NCBI GenBank assembly: GCA_013287605.1
Contig: JABDDM010000002.1
Coordinates: forward strand, 1,145 to 65,144
Origin: Ignavibacteria bacterium
GTDB taxonomy: Bacteria > Bacteroidota > Ignavibacteria > Palsa-1295
Direction: 5' to 3'
Length of the DNA stretch: 64,000 nt
Shown: in pieces, positions 48,383 to 58,947 of the stretch
Layout of the letters: each line of letters begins with the position of its first letter
Numbering within the stretch: the first letter of the stretch is position 1
Notes under the pieces: model-generated
Seen by the model: the letters and a program-made list of their open reading frames with translations, nothing else
Told to the model about the DNA's origin: nothing
The model's database searches: none
Position numbers and translations under genes: made by a program

Positions 48383-50029
48383 ATGTCAACTCACAAGCAA
48401 CGAATGCGCAGGTTTGGCACCTTGGCTCCCCCTCCTAAAGGTACCAAAGAACGCGATGCGCTAATGAAAACAGTTGACGCTGCGCTCGCGATGGATCCTG
48501 AATTTAAGAAGATTCTCAAACGAAAACGTAAAGCGGCTTTCGGAAAATGGGAAATGCAGCTTGCAAACGGAGCTGGCTTGCAATTGGATGGGCATCTGAG
48601 ACACTTCTTAACGGAATTCAACCACAGAATGTCCGAATTCGGATTTGACTCAATGCCGGCTTCGTTTAATGTTCTAGAAGCCTTCTTTAAGTATGATGGC
48701 AACATCTTCTATTTCGAGTTGCTACCTGAAGTCGATCATTTGTTTTCATTTCTCGACTATTGCGACTATCTCACCTCGCCCGATAACAACATTGAAGTTG
48801 CCTCGAGCCTGGAATATTTTGCAGAAGGAATGATCTACTCGTTCAATATCCTGAACGATCCTAAAGACATTCAATTCTCGACCTCTTCGAAAAAGTCTTT
48901 CGCCGTGGGCGGTGTATCCATGATTCGGCGTGGAAGCGAGGTATCAATTCTCCTTCTGGGAGGGGAAAAGATAGACACGACAAACGACCCAGCAGAACTT
49001 CTTGATCCAGATTTGGGGGATGTGAAAGTCACACCGGGACACGAGGAGATCAAGCCCTCACCCGACCGTATACGAGAGACAGTGAAGCTTCTTAATCAGG
49101 ATGAGTTTTGGCAGTGTCTCATCCTAGTCAGGCTCGATATTAATACGATGACCATTGATTCACGGTATGTATTGCATGACCAAGGGGATGCGTTTCAGAT
49201 TACCACTGATGACATCTCTTCTTTCTCTCACGAGATCGGTAAAGATGGTCTGTTTAAGACCCCTTCTGTAAAGGAACTGTACGAGAAATTCTCAGAAAGA
49301 ACGATTGGCTATGACGCGCTTTTTCAGGTAGCAGCAAGCTCGATACATCTTTTAAGGTATTTTGTGGACTATAATGAGTCACTCACCTACGAGCAGCATG
49401 TGACGTCGTACGGAGACTCCAAACCAAAGCCTGAGATATACCGTCAAGACCGCGTTGACCCAATGCTCAAGATCAGAGAGAGAACTGTAGCTGTAATGGA
49501 GCGACGCAACGTGTTTGCCTCTGATAGTACGATCTTTGCAACTAATGATTTCAAGATTGAAAGGTCTGGCTATTGGAAAAAACTATCTTATAATGCGATT
49601 GGTAAGGATAAGCATGGCAAAAGCATTCACGGACGTACCTGGGTAGAAAGCACAATGACTTGGAATGAGTCGCCGCCTAGTCCACTTCGCATTTACACGA
49701 ATTTGAATCAACCAATTTCCAGTGGCCAATCAGGTATCATCTATGTTATGCGCAACGCGTCGCATGGGAAAAACATCTTCAAAGTGGGTATGACCACCCG
49801 CGATCCAGAAACGAGGGCCTTAGAATTGTCTTCCACGACAGGTTCACCCGATAGATTCCTTGTTGCTCAAGAATGGGATGTACAGGATTGCGTGATCGCG
49901 GAGAAGCGTATTCACAAAGAGCTTGATGCTTATAGAATTAATACCAACCGTGAGTTTTTCAAGATCGAATACAATGCGCTTATAAAAATCATTGAGAAGT
50001 GCGTTTTTGAAATCAATCGCCTAGATTAA
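48383..50029 (+). CDS. Protein with C-terminal GIY-YIG (T5orf172/MUG113) nuclease domain
   Basis: GIIYVMRN...FKVGMTTRDPETRA.EL...TGSP...EKRIH..L...R....REFF. Confidence 0.88.
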   Translation: MSTHKQRMRRFGTLAPPPKGTKERDALMKTVDAALAMDPEFKKILKRKRKAAFGKWEMQLANGAGLQLDGHLRHFLTEFNHRMSEFGFDSMPASFNVLEAFFKYDGNIFYFELLPEVDHLFSFLDYCDYLTSPDNNIEVASSLEYFAEGMIYSFNILNDPKDIQFSTSSKKSFAVGGVSMIRRGSEVSILLLGGEKIDTTNDPAELLDPDLGDVKVTPGHEEIKPSPDRIRETVKLLNQDEFWQCLILVRLDINTMTIDSRYVLHDQGDAFQITTDDISSFSHEIGKDGLFKTPSVKELYEKFSERTIGYDALFQVAASSIHLLRYFVDYNESLTYEQHVTSYGDSKPKPEIYRQDRVDPMLKIRERTVAVMERRNVFASDSTIFATNDFKIERSGYWKKLSYNAIGKDKHGKSIHGRTWVESTMTWNESPPSPLRIYTNLNQPISSGQSGIIYVMRNASHGKNIFKVGMTTRDPETRALELSSTTGSPDRFLVAQEWDVQDCVIAEKRIHKELDAYRINTNREFFKIEYNALIKIIEKCVFEINRLD

Positions 50030-50174
50030 AGCACCTCTTTTCCGTGGTTGTGGAACTCCTGAGCCCGTTGAATGGACTCGAGCTTAACGAGATCCAATTA
50101 ATTTTGCAACGTCAGTAGTGCGCCTGCTTAACCGTTGCCCTTACATAGGTGTCCCCTCTTGCGCTGAGGCCCCC

Positions 50175-51134
50175 CTACTCCTCTACATCCTCCGAATAAA
50201 CATCATCTGGTGTCACCTCGGTGGGTGGGACGAGGATGCGGAGGAAGCGTTTGAAGGCGCGCTGGCCTACGAGGTCGTGTGATTCGCCGAAGACCATGAT
50301 GAGGTTGCGGATCATGCGGAGAATGATCGTGCGGTCTTCTGCAGGGTCGAGGAAGGCGTCGTTATATTTTAACTTGGATGCATCCAGAAAGCGTTTGATG
50401 TCACGCTTTCGTAGCACGACACCCCCATTAAATGCGTCTACGAACAGCGGCTCTTCGATGGCGCCATCATAGCGAATGAGGAAATGTCCGGGTGCGCTTG
50501 AACCTGAGAACGGAAGGCCGACGCGCATTTTTGCGATCAGGAGATATGCAACTGCGAGCGAAATCGGGATGCCCATCTTGCGATCGATCACGCGATTCAA
50601 ATAGCTGTTGTCGGGTTCGAGGAACGCGCCCTGGTTGCCGCGAAACTTTTGTTTTTCGAAAAAGAAATCGTTGGTGATCGCAAGTATCTCAAGCGGTGAG
50701 TGAACTCCGGCGATTCGGTCGCGGAGCATTCCGGCCAGCGCCGAAAGTTCGATTCGATAATGCTCGATGTTGAGCCGTGGGTAACCGTAGCGTGCTACGA
50801 GGAACGCCCCATCTTCGAGCGCTCGTGGGTCACCCCATTCGAGCCGCTTATTGAGCACACAAAATTCTTTCGCAAGCCGCTCTTCGTTCAACTCCCGGAC
50901 AAGCATCGAAGCCCGATCGCCCGCGAGTTCGTCATCGGTGAGATCGACAAAATCGAGAAGTTCACCCAGGATCGCATCGCCCTTGCTTCGGAGCCGTTCG
51001 ATCACTGTTTCTGAAATGCGTGTGTCGGGGTCGTCGAGCAGGCTGAATAACGGCTGTAGCTCCCTGTCGAGTGTCGGAGCGTCGACCTCGAGTTTGGTGA
51101 GTGTATGAACCGGATCCTGTCGCGACAAAGCCAT
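50175..51134 (-). CDS. SirB1-family transglutaminase-like protein
   Basis: FRGN...PDNSYLNRVIDRKMGIPISL, PGHFL, RMIRNL. Confidence 0.92.
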   Translation of the reverse strand: MALSRQDPVHTLTKLEVDAPTLDRELQPLFSLLDDPDTRISETVIERLRSKGDAILGELLDFVDLTDDELAGDRASMLVRELNEERLAKEFCVLNKRLEWGDPRALEDGAFLVARYGYPRLNIEHYRIELSALAGMLRDRIAGVHSPLEILAITNDFFFEKQKFRGNQGAFLEPDNSYLNRVIDRKMGIPISLAVAYLLIAKMRVGLPFSGSSAPGHFLIRYDGAIEEPLFVDAFNGGVVLRKRDIKRFLDASKLKYNDAFLDPAEDRTIILRMIRNLIMVFGESHDLVGQRAFKRFLRILVPPTEVTPDDVYSEDVEE

Positions 51135-51212
51135 AGTGTGTGGGACATGAGAGCGCAACGACTCAACACCCGCGAGGCAGAAATACAATCCTGCTCCCGT
51201 ACTAAAATATTT

Positions 51213-52199
51213 TTACGCCAGCGGATCGCTATTCATGAAGCTTTCCTCGCCTTCGTCCAGACGCGTTAGTTCGGCGGAGAGATATTCGAAGGCTTCCTGT
51301 GGCGAATCGGAAAAGTGGATCAGGTTAAGATCCTGCCGAGAGATCATGCCGTAATATTCGAGCATTTCCAGATCGATGATCTTTTGCCAAAAGCTTGAGC
51401 CATACACGACGATCGGCATTTTCTTTCTGATCTTACCCGTCTGAATGAGCGTCAGACATTCGAAGAGCTCGTCCATCGTGCCGAAACCACCGGGAAAAAT
51501 CACAAGCGCTTTTCCCAGATACGCAAACCAGAATTTGCGCATGAAGAAGTAGTGGAATTCGAAATTTAGTTCGTCGGTGATAAACGAGTTCGGCATTTGC
51601 TCGAACGGAAGTGCGATGTTAAAGCCGATCGTCTTTCCACCCGCAAGCGAAGCCCCGCGATTTGCGGCTTCCATAATGCCGGGTCCACCGCCAGAACAGA
51701 TCACATAGCGCTGACGGAATGAGTGCGTCTTGATCGACTCCACATTCACGTATGGGATCTGCTCGCGTATCTGCGCCGCTGCAACCTGACCCTTTGCGAT
51801 CTGCGCTTTCTCATAGTTCTGCGCCGCCTGCGTGATCGACCACTCGGTCAGCAGCCGTGCGAGCTCGGTAGCTTCCTCGTAATACCGCGCGAGCTCTTTG
51901 TGCATTTGTGCTCTGCGAAGTGCTTCCTCTAATTCGGATACGACTTCCTTCGAAAGCGAATTCGTTTGCTCTGCAAGCACTTTCGCATTTTTTAGCTGGC
52001 GAAGTTCTGCTTCGGCTTCTTCCGGTGAATGAATTCGTGCACTGCCGAAGAAGACGATCGTGTCCTTGACACGTGCATGAGCAAGCCGCGAGCGCGGCTC
52101 GACGTATTCACTCAGGATTCGAACGATGCGTGCTTCAGGACTTGTGAGAAATTTTTCGTTGAGGTACGCCTTGAGTGCGCGTTGTTTGACTGATGGCAA
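51213..52199 (-). CDS. LOG-family protein
   Basis: FFGSAR, GGGPGIMEAANRGA, FFMRK, PGGFGTMDELFE. Confidence 0.94.
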   Translation of the reverse strand: MPSVKQRALKAYLNEKFLTSPEARIVRILSEYVEPRSRLAHARVKDTIVFFGSARIHSPEEAEAELRQLKNAKVLAEQTNSLSKEVVSELEEALRRAQMHKELARYYEEATELARLLTEWSITQAAQNYEKAQIAKGQVAAAQIREQIPYVNVESIKTHSFRQRYVICSGGGPGIMEAANRGASLAGGKTIGFNIALPFEQMPNSFITDELNFEFHYFFMRKFWFAYLGKALVIFPGGFGTMDELFECLTLIQTGKIRKKMPIVVYGSSFWQKIIDLEMLEYYGMISRQDLNLIHFSDSPQEAFEYLSAELTRLDEGEESFMNSDPLA

Positions 52200-52226
52200 T
52201 GGAGTTGGTGTTTTTGGTGATTGATG

Positions 52227-52958
52227 TTAACTCATGACGGACCGACCGCCGTCCACAATGATTGTTTGTCCGGTGATGTATGGTGCATCGAATGCGAGGA
52301 ACTGGACGACACGAGCAATATCATGTACGGTGCCATATCGCTTCATCGGGATACGCTCGCGAGCGATCCCCATCCGTTCTTCACTTTCGTCTTCAAGCTG
52401 GATCGCGCCCGGCGCGACGGCATTGACCGTAATACACTGCTCGGCGAGTTCGCGTGCTAAAGTTTTTGTCAGTGTGATCAACGCCGATTTCGACACATTG
52501 TAATCGATCCGTTCTTTCCAGATCTGCACTCCGCCAAGCGATGCAAGATTTACGATCGCGCTCCCGGAGTTCATTTGCTTTGCAGCCGCTCGTACCATTG
52601 CGAATGGGGCAACGAGATTTAGCTCCAAGGCTTCACGAAGGTCATTTGGCTCCAGGTTGTCCAACTTCCTTCTTGCAGGAAGGACTCCTGAATTATTGAT
52701 CAATACGTCGATGCCGCCGGCCAGTTTAACAAATCGCTCAACGATTGCATCTGCCTCCGACCGAACGTCGCCTTGCAATAAATGCGCTGCTTCCGCACCG
52801 GCCTGCAAGCATCGCTCGGCAAACGCCTTTGCCTCGTCAGCAGGTGTACGGTAATAATTGAGCCCGAGCACGACGCCCTTCTCGGCCAATTCCAACGCAA
52901 TACCGCCGCCCAATCGGTGGACGCCTCCAGTGATCAGCACGCGGGAGGATTTTATCAT
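52227..52958 (-). CDS. SDR oxidoreductase (pteridine reductase/FolM-like)
   Basis: TGGVHRLG, INNSG, YNVSK, NAVAPG, ITGQTIIVDGG. Confidence 0.88.
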   Translation of the reverse strand: MIKSSRVLITGGVHRLGGGIALELAEKGVVLGLNYYRTPADEAKAFAERCLQAGAEAAHLLQGDVRSEADAIVERFVKLAGGIDVLINNSGVLPARRKLDNLEPNDLREALELNLVAPFAMVRAAAKQMNSGSAIVNLASLGGVQIWKERIDYNVSKSALITLTKTLARELAEQCITVNAVAPGAIQLEDESEERMGIARERIPMKRYGTVHDIARVVQFLAFDAPYITGQTIIVDGGRSVMS

Positions 52959-52961
52959 CAG

Positions 52962-54092
52962 TTAGCTCGCCCGTTTGGTAATATCGAGCATACGCTGGAG
53001 CGCAACATTTGCCCATTTTGCAGTTTCTGCTGGCACCGATATCTGGTTCTTGATTTCGCCTTGTTTTAGGTGTTCGAGAATGTCCAGCAACGCCTCGGGT
53101 GAGATGCGATACATGGTTGCGCACTCGCAGGCGTAAGGTGCGAGCGTCGTGACGAATTGATCGGGATGATCGTGTTTGAGTCGATTGACCAGATGATGCT
53201 CGGTGCCAATCGCCCATAAGCTGCCCGCCGGTGCTTCTTCGACCGTCTTCATGATAAACGCGGTCGAACCAACTTTGTCAGAATTTTTCACTACTTCGAA
53301 ATTGCATTCGGGATGGACCATGATCTGAATGCCGGGATAAAGCGCTCGCATGATATTGGGATGCGAAGCCTGAAAATGCTGGTGCACCGAGCAGTGACCA
53401 CGCCAAAGCAACACGCGTGCACTTGTCAGCTCTTCATCGTGAAGTCCGCCACCGGGCTGTGTTTGATCAAAGAGCGAAATGTCGTGGAGTGGAATGCCTA
53501 ACTGGAAGTGAGCAGTGTTACGTCCGAGATGTTGATCGGGAAAGAAAAAGATCTTTTCAAAGCCGTTGTTGAATGCCCACTCGAATATTGCCTTGTTATT
53601 CGAACTTGTTGAGACAGCGCCGCCATGTTCGCCACAAAATGCTTTGATCGCAGCACTCGAGTTCATGTAGGTGATCGGGCAGACCTTCGTTGTATCGATC
53701 ACATTGTCCAAATAATCCCATGCATCGAGCACTTGATCCAGACGTGCCATGTCGCTCATCGAACAGCCGGCTTTGAGGTCGGGAAGGATGACTTTCTGGT
53801 CTGGGCCAGAGACGATATCCGCCGTCTCGGCCATGAAGTGCACGCCGCAGAATATGATGAACTCGCGGTCTTTGAGATTCGCGGCATAACGTGCGAGTTC
53901 GAACGAATCGCCAGTGCGATCGGCAAACTGCACGATGTCATCACGCTGATAATGATGGCCGAGAATGACGACTCTGTCGCGAAGCTCTTCTTTCAGAGCG
54001 TGGATGCGCGCGACGATATCAGGCGAGGTCGTCTCGGCTATGAGCACTTCCTCTTGTGGTGCAAGAACGGTGAGATCGAGAACTTCTGCCAT
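52962..54092 (-). CDS. nadA: Quinolinate synthase
   Basis: GHHYQR, CGVHFMAE, AGCSM, YMNSSA, CSVH, HPEC, C.C.TM. Confidence 0.97.
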   Translation of the reverse strand: MAEVLDLTVLAPQEEVLIAETTSPDIVARIHALKEELRDRVVILGHHYQRDDIVQFADRTGDSFELARYAANLKDREFIIFCGVHFMAETADIVSGPDQKVILPDLKAGCSMSDMARLDQVLDAWDYLDNVIDTTKVCPITYMNSSAAIKAFCGEHGGAVSTSSNNKAIFEWAFNNGFEKIFFFPDQHLGRNTAHFQLGIPLHDISLFDQTQPGGGLHDEELTSARVLLWRGHCSVHQHFQASHPNIMRALYPGIQIMVHPECNFEVVKNSDKVGSTAFIMKTVEEAPAGSLWAIGTEHHLVNRLKHDHPDQFVTTLAPYACECATMYRISPEALLDILEHLKQGEIKNQISVPAETAKWANVALQRMLDITKRAS

Positions 54093-54095
54093 GTG

Positions 54096-55109
54096 CTAGA
54101 CCAACTCCATTTCAAATGGAAGCTTTTGCATTGTTACGGCGAGCTTCTTCTCTTCCACAACAAGTTGAAGTTCCGAACCCGCGTTGGCCATTGTCGTCCG
54201 GATGTAGGCCAGGCCGATCATCCGTTCGATGCCTGGAGAAAAAGCGATGCTCGTGAGTTCACCGGCTTCGTCTCCACCTGCGGTAAATAATTTGGATGGA
54301 GTGACGACATTCGATGCATCTTCAGCAAGGATGATCCCCATGAGATGCCGCTGTACTTTGTCGTAACTATCAAGCCTAGCGATGACTTCCTGTCCGATAT
54401 AGCAACCCTTCGTAAAACTAATTGCCGAGACAAGCCCAGCTTCGAGCGGATTGTGCTTCTCATTTAATTCATTCGGCACAACCGGAATACCTGATTCGAT
54501 TCTCAGTACGTCGAACATTTCATCATCGAGAACGCTGCCGCCTAACGCCAGCACTTCAGCGTCCAGCGCGTTTCGCACCGCGTCTGCATTTGCACGATCT
54601 ACAAGAATCACCCATCCGCTCTCGGCGATGCGAACGCCCTTCTGCATTTGAATCGGAGCGCCCGCAAAGGTCGCATTCATTGCGCTGAAGCGTTCAATGG
54701 TTGACGGATCAACCCCAAGGAGATCTTTCACGAATTGATACGCGGCGCGACCGATGAGTAAGTATTGATCGATCTCGTCCGTTGCGCGAGTAAATCGCGC
54801 ATCGTCCATGATGGTAAACTTATCGAGCCAGGCGATGAGCGGTTCTTCGCGGTCTTTACTTGTCATGAGGAGCACATCCTCACCCCGATTGAGTACGGTT
54901 ACGAAGTCGAGTATGCGACCCTTTTCAGTCGTCAGGACCGTCTGTGCGCCGCGCATTTTCTGTTCGACCGGCTTTAGATCATTCGTCGACATCCGATGCA
55001 AAAGGTCAACGACATCTTTCCCGTGGCCGATCACACGTCCTGACCGCAAGGTCTGATCGTAAAGCCCAATGACATTCCGTGCTTTGGAGTATTCGTCTCT
55101 GTTTACCAT
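54096..55109 (-). CDS. ygfZ: YgfZ/GcvT-family folate-binding protein
   Basis: KGCYIGQEVIAR signature. Confidence 0.9.
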   Translation of the reverse strand: MVNRDEYSKARNVIGLYDQTLRSGRVIGHGKDVVDLLHRMSTNDLKPVEQKMRGAQTVLTTEKGRILDFVTVLNRGEDVLLMTSKDREEPLIAWLDKFTIMDDARFTRATDEIDQYLLIGRAAYQFVKDLLGVDPSTIERFSAMNATFAGAPIQMQKGVRIAESGWVILVDRANADAVRNALDAEVLALGGSVLDDEMFDVLRIESGIPVVPNELNEKHNPLEAGLVSAISFTKGCYIGQEVIARLDSYDKVQRHLMGIILAEDASNVVTPSKLFTAGGDEAGELTSIAFSPGIERMIGLAYIRTTMANAGSELQLVVEEKKLAVTMQKLPFEMELV

Positions 55110-55180
55110 AGCAATATCTCTTCCAGATTAGTAGAACACGTTTCGGGCAGGTATGAATTCGAGGGAGATATGATGGCATT

Positions 55181-56815
55181 TCAGCGTGTGGTACTATCTC
55201 TTACATTGCGATAAATCTCGAAATCGTGGAGGGTTGTATCGTATTGGTAGTTTGTGGTGAGGAAAGTGTCGAATTTGGGAATTTCATGCATCAAAACATT
55301 TGGCGGCTGGGAAAGAAAATTCAGGAAGCTCTTGTGCTCCCTTGCGAGGACGATGTATTTCGGGAGCACCGCTGTGAGGGAATCTACAAACTCCTTTCGC
55401 CAATTGAGCTGGTAATCAGTGAATCCGCCTTCGCCCCGATGCATCACAAGCGGGAAGATCATTGTAAATCTTGTAGCTGGTTCACGTTCCGATTTCCAAA
55501 TGAACTCGGGGTTTTCGCTGCATAACTCGACTCGGTCGGTCGTTACTGTGCGTGAAAGGATATAGTTTGTCAATGCTAGATTTTGCACATTGTCGCGATG
55601 ATAAAATGTCGAGAACTGGTTGTGCACGTATTCAACCGTTGGGCCAGGTTGAGTCATCCCATCAACGAACCACTGCAATACTCGCCAGGGGAACGTTGCA
55701 AAAAGGAAAAGCACAATGACAGCCCAAAGCACGATCGTGCGAGTGCTTTTTTGTTTGATGAGTGGTACCGCTATATCCAATAAAAATGCGAGAAGAATAC
55801 TTGTAAGTATCAGCAGCATCTCATAGTGATGCCGGAAGAACTTGCCCATCACCAGAATGCTCACTCGTGCTGCAACGTAATAAGCGATAAACAGGTAGCG
55901 ATCAAATCGATCGAAGCCGGTTACGTTGTGGAATCCTCGATTCGTTGAATGCTTCTTAAGTGCGAAATAGATAATGAGGAAGACCAGCAGAACTGCGTCA
56001 ACGAAGAGCTCGGCTCCTTGGTAAAATGCCTCAGTCAACGGAGACCGGTATCTGCTGCTGCCGTAGATATCGATGTTGAATCGAATCGTAGCGAGATAGA
56101 GTGCATTGAGCGCGCCGGGCTTCGATGCGAATGGCAAGATGACGGCCGCAATTAATATCAATGAGCCGAGGAGAAAAGCGGCCACTCGTTTGGGCGCACC
56201 GGGCAGAGGCAATTTCCACAGTGCGACAGCGATGATGACAGCGAACAATCCATATGTCGGCCTGACCCAGCATGCGCATGCTGCGAAGACTCCAATTACA
56301 ACGCAAGTAAAGATATCTCCAGTTTGCGGCTGATTGCTTATTGCTCTGTCTTTGATTCGATAGAGAAGCATCGTGACCACAAGTGTAAAGAACGCGGCAA
56401 ATCCCTCGCGTTGACCCGTACTCCCGTCGCCTCCGCTGATGTAGAGAAGACACAATACGATTGAAACGATAAATGCAGTACGCGGCGAAGTCCAACGGAT
56501 AACCAATCGATAAAGCATGAGCACTATCCCGACATGGACGATGATGTCGAGTATCCGAAAACCAGTGTCGGTATTTCCAAAAAGAAGAATCGCCAGCGAA
56601 TGGATAAAGACAATTCCCGGGAAATTCATATCCCATGAGCCTACATACGGAAGCCGGTGGAATTGGACCAACTGCACGGCCATCGTTTGATAGACACTTT
56701 GGTCCATTGTGAATGGGTAAAGCGCGGTGACAAGAAGCAGCAGAAACGCTGTGAGTCCGGTGAGAACGAAGAACTTGCGATTCGGATCTCTAATGATGCT
56801 TTCGTAAAGGCTCAA
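55181..56815 (-). CDS. ArnT/GT39-like glycosyltransferase
   Basis: DQSVY...LPYVGSWDMNFPG; many TM helices; HHY motif. Confidence 0.8.
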   Translation of the reverse strand: MSLYESIIRDPNRKFFVLTGLTAFLLLLVTALYPFTMDQSVYQTMAVQLVQFHRLPYVGSWDMNFPGIVFIHSLAILLFGNTDTGFRILDIIVHVGIVLMLYRLVIRWTSPRTAFIVSIVLCLLYISGGDGSTGQREGFAAFFTLVVTMLLYRIKDRAISNQPQTGDIFTCVVIGVFAACACWVRPTYGLFAVIIAVALWKLPLPGAPKRVAAFLLGSLILIAAVILPFASKPGALNALYLATIRFNIDIYGSSRYRSPLTEAFYQGAELFVDAVLLVFLIIYFALKKHSTNRGFHNVTGFDRFDRYLFIAYYVAARVSILVMGKFFRHHYEMLLILTSILLAFLLDIAVPLIKQKSTRTIVLWAVIVLFLFATFPWRVLQWFVDGMTQPGPTVEYVHNQFSTFYHRDNVQNLALTNYILSRTVTTDRVELCSENPEFIWKSEREPATRFTMIFPLVMHRGEGGFTDYQLNWRKEFVDSLTAVLPKYIVLAREHKSFLNFLSQPPNVLMHEIPKFDTFLTTNYQYDTTLHDFEIYRNVRDSTTR

Positions 56816-56974
56816 AAAGGATTGCTATATGGTGATTGCGGAAAGGCATTTTGGACAAACGTGCGACGCATCAGAAGAATGCTGCCACTACTGAGAAACC
56901 AACCATCGATTGTTCGAGACGAGACCTGAACCACTGCAGGTGTTATATTTCCTCAACTTCACCGAACGCTTTGT

Positions 56975-57982
56975 ATGCTCAACAAGATCTGGTTAGGGCT
57001 TATTGTTATCGCAGTCGTTGTCGCATTGGGGCGCGACATCACCGAACTTGCGAACGATCGCTTTCGAAACGATTCACCAATCATGCTCACGGCTGAGAAG
57101 GGTCTTACTATCGCCGGGCCGAATCATTATACAGCGAAAGCCATCATTACAAAGCGCACGCTTACCGATCTCTACGGAAAGCACGAGACCGATTCGCTCA
57201 AGGCTGACACCCTCCTTGCGCCAGTTGATCTTGTAACAACTTCAACGAAAGCCATCGGAACTGCAACGATCACACTTCCCGACGGCTCGCCGGCAATTCT
57301 CACCGATATTGCCGCCGCGAATGGCGATGCGACGAAGCTAACCGGGAGGGCACAATGGACGATCTCGGATTCGACGCACACGGCGGTGCTTCGATTCACC
57401 CCGCTGCCTGTTCATTTCCGCATCATGTCGAAAGTCACGAATGAAGGCATTCTCAAAATGGCCGACACTGCTGTCACGATCGCGCTTGGTCTAATCGGCG
57501 TTATGACGTTATGGCTTGGAATTATGCGGATCGCCGAGGCGGGAGGGCTTGTCACACTCGTCGCTAAAGCAGTAAAGCCTATCATGGTGCGGCTATTCCC
57601 CGATGTTCCACCAGAGCACCCAGCGATGGGCGCGATGGTCATGAACCTTGCCGCCAACTTTCTTGGGTTGAGCAACGCTGCAACGCCGCTCGGGCTGAAG
57701 GCAATGGAAGAACTCAATAAGTTGAATCCCGTCGCTGGCACTGCAACAAACGCGATGTGCATGTTCCTGACGATCAATACGACGGCACTCACCCTAGTCC
57801 CTGCGACGGTGATCGCGATTCGGCTTTCGCTTGGATCAAAGGATCCGTCAGAGATCATCATGCCCACCTTCCTCGCGACGCTCGTAAGTCTCATCCTCGG
57901 CGTCTTGTTTACAAGAATGATCGAACGCTTCTACCCTTTCCCCTCCCCAACTGGGAATGAAGAACTAAGCAATCAACACTAA
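56975..57982 (+). CDS. spmA: SpmA-family (Gate domain) membrane protein
   Basis: MLNKIW, LWLGIMRIAE, LFPDVP..HPA, ANFLGLSNAATPLGLKAM. Confidence 0.92.
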   Translation: MLNKIWLGLIVIAVVVALGRDITELANDRFRNDSPIMLTAEKGLTIAGPNHYTAKAIITKRTLTDLYGKHETDSLKADTLLAPVDLVTTSTKAIGTATITLPDGSPAILTDIAAANGDATKLTGRAQWTISDSTHTAVLRFTPLPVHFRIMSKVTNEGILKMADTAVTIALGLIGVMTLWLGIMRIAEAGGLVTLVAKAVKPIMVRLFPDVPPEHPAMGAMVMNLAANFLGLSNAATPLGLKAMEELNKLNPVAGTATNAMCMFLTINTTALTLVPATVIAIRLSLGSKDPSEIIMPTFLATLVSLILGVLFTRMIERFYPFPSPTGNEELSNQH

Positions 57983-57997
57983 GACCTCCCCATAAGC

Positions 57998-58540
57998 ATG
58001 GACTTATTTCTTACGATCGTCAAGCTTCTTTCCAATCTCGCGATACCGCTGTTGATCTTTGTGATTGTCGCTATCGCTGCGATTCGCAAGGTGAAAGTGT
58101 ACGAAGAATTTGTTGATGGGGCAAAAGAGGGTTTCCAGGTAGCGATCAGGATCATCCCTTACCTGGTCGCGATGCTCGTTGCCATCGGGATGTTTCGCGC
58201 TTCTGGCGCGATGGATTTTCTGACATCGGCGCTCAGTCCGATCACCAATGCCATCGGATTTCCAAGTGAGTTGTTCCCACTCGCTGTTGTCCGAAATCTT
58301 TCAGGTTCCGGTTCGCTCGGACTCATGACCGACATTGTCAAAACACACGGGCCGGATTCATTCATCGGCAGGCTCGCCTCGACAATGATGGGAAGCCACG
58401 AAACAACCTTCTACGTGCTCGCTGTCTACTTCGGCTCTGTGGGCGTCAAGCGAGTGCGCCATGCTGCCATCGCAGGGATCTTGGCGGATATTGTCAGCGT
58501 GATCGCGAGCGTGATCCTGGTTAGAATGTTGTTTAGATAA
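57998..58540 (+). CDS. spmB: SpmB-family membrane protein
   Basis: VYEEFVDGAKEGF, PYLVAML, LSGSG, GSHETTFYVLAVYFG. Confidence 0.93.
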   Translation: MDLFLTIVKLLSNLAIPLLIFVIVAIAAIRKVKVYEEFVDGAKEGFQVAIRIIPYLVAMLVAIGMFRASGAMDFLTSALSPITNAIGFPSELFPLAVVRNLSGSGSLGLMTDIVKTHGPDSFIGRLASTMMGSHETTFYVLAVYFGSVGVKRVRHAAIAGILADIVSVIASVILVRMLFR

Positions 58541-58644
58541 GCGCGCTCCAATTTTCTTCTTGCAACCTATTGACAGATGAGCTTGCATTCTCTATATTTG
58601 TCAATCTCACGCCGTCGACCACGTTTCTTACTTTCGCCGCTAAC

Positions 58645-58938
58645 ATGCTCCACCGAAAGGGCCTCATTTTTTGGGCTGGTTTCCTCGCCTTGCTCGTCTG
58701 CGTGCTTTATCCGCCCTATCACCGCGTCCGCTGGGACAAAGGACAACGATATGAATCCGATGTACACTACGAATCCATCTTCGAGCGAACCCTCGATGAG
58801 CAGGGTCCCTTTGATCCAATCTATAAACTCGACGTTCCCCGCTTCTCCATTCAGGCTGCGGCGATCATTATTCTCACGTTTGCTGGCAGCAGGGTGAAAT
58901 CAAGAAAGAAGAAAGGGTCGTCTCAATCACTCGAGTAG
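58645..58938 (+). CDS. Small two-TM hypothetical protein
   Basis: Two hydrophobic segments with LYPPY; TATATTTG at 58593-58600. Confidence 0.65.
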   Translation: MLHRKGLIFWAGFLALLVCVLYPPYHRVRWDKGQRYESDVHYESIFERTLDEQGPFDPIYKLDVPRFSIQAAAIIILTFAGSRVKSRKKKGSSQSLE

Positions 58939-58947
58939 ACAGCCCGG

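Noticed and set aside
52199..52229. Stop-codon readthrough fusion of the SDR and LOG genes (same frame, one TAA)
   Set aside because: Both are full-length stand-alone families; sharing a frame has a one-in-three chance.
56975..58540. Sporulation ability implied by spmA/spmB
   Set aside because: These genes are widespread in non-sporulating bacteria.
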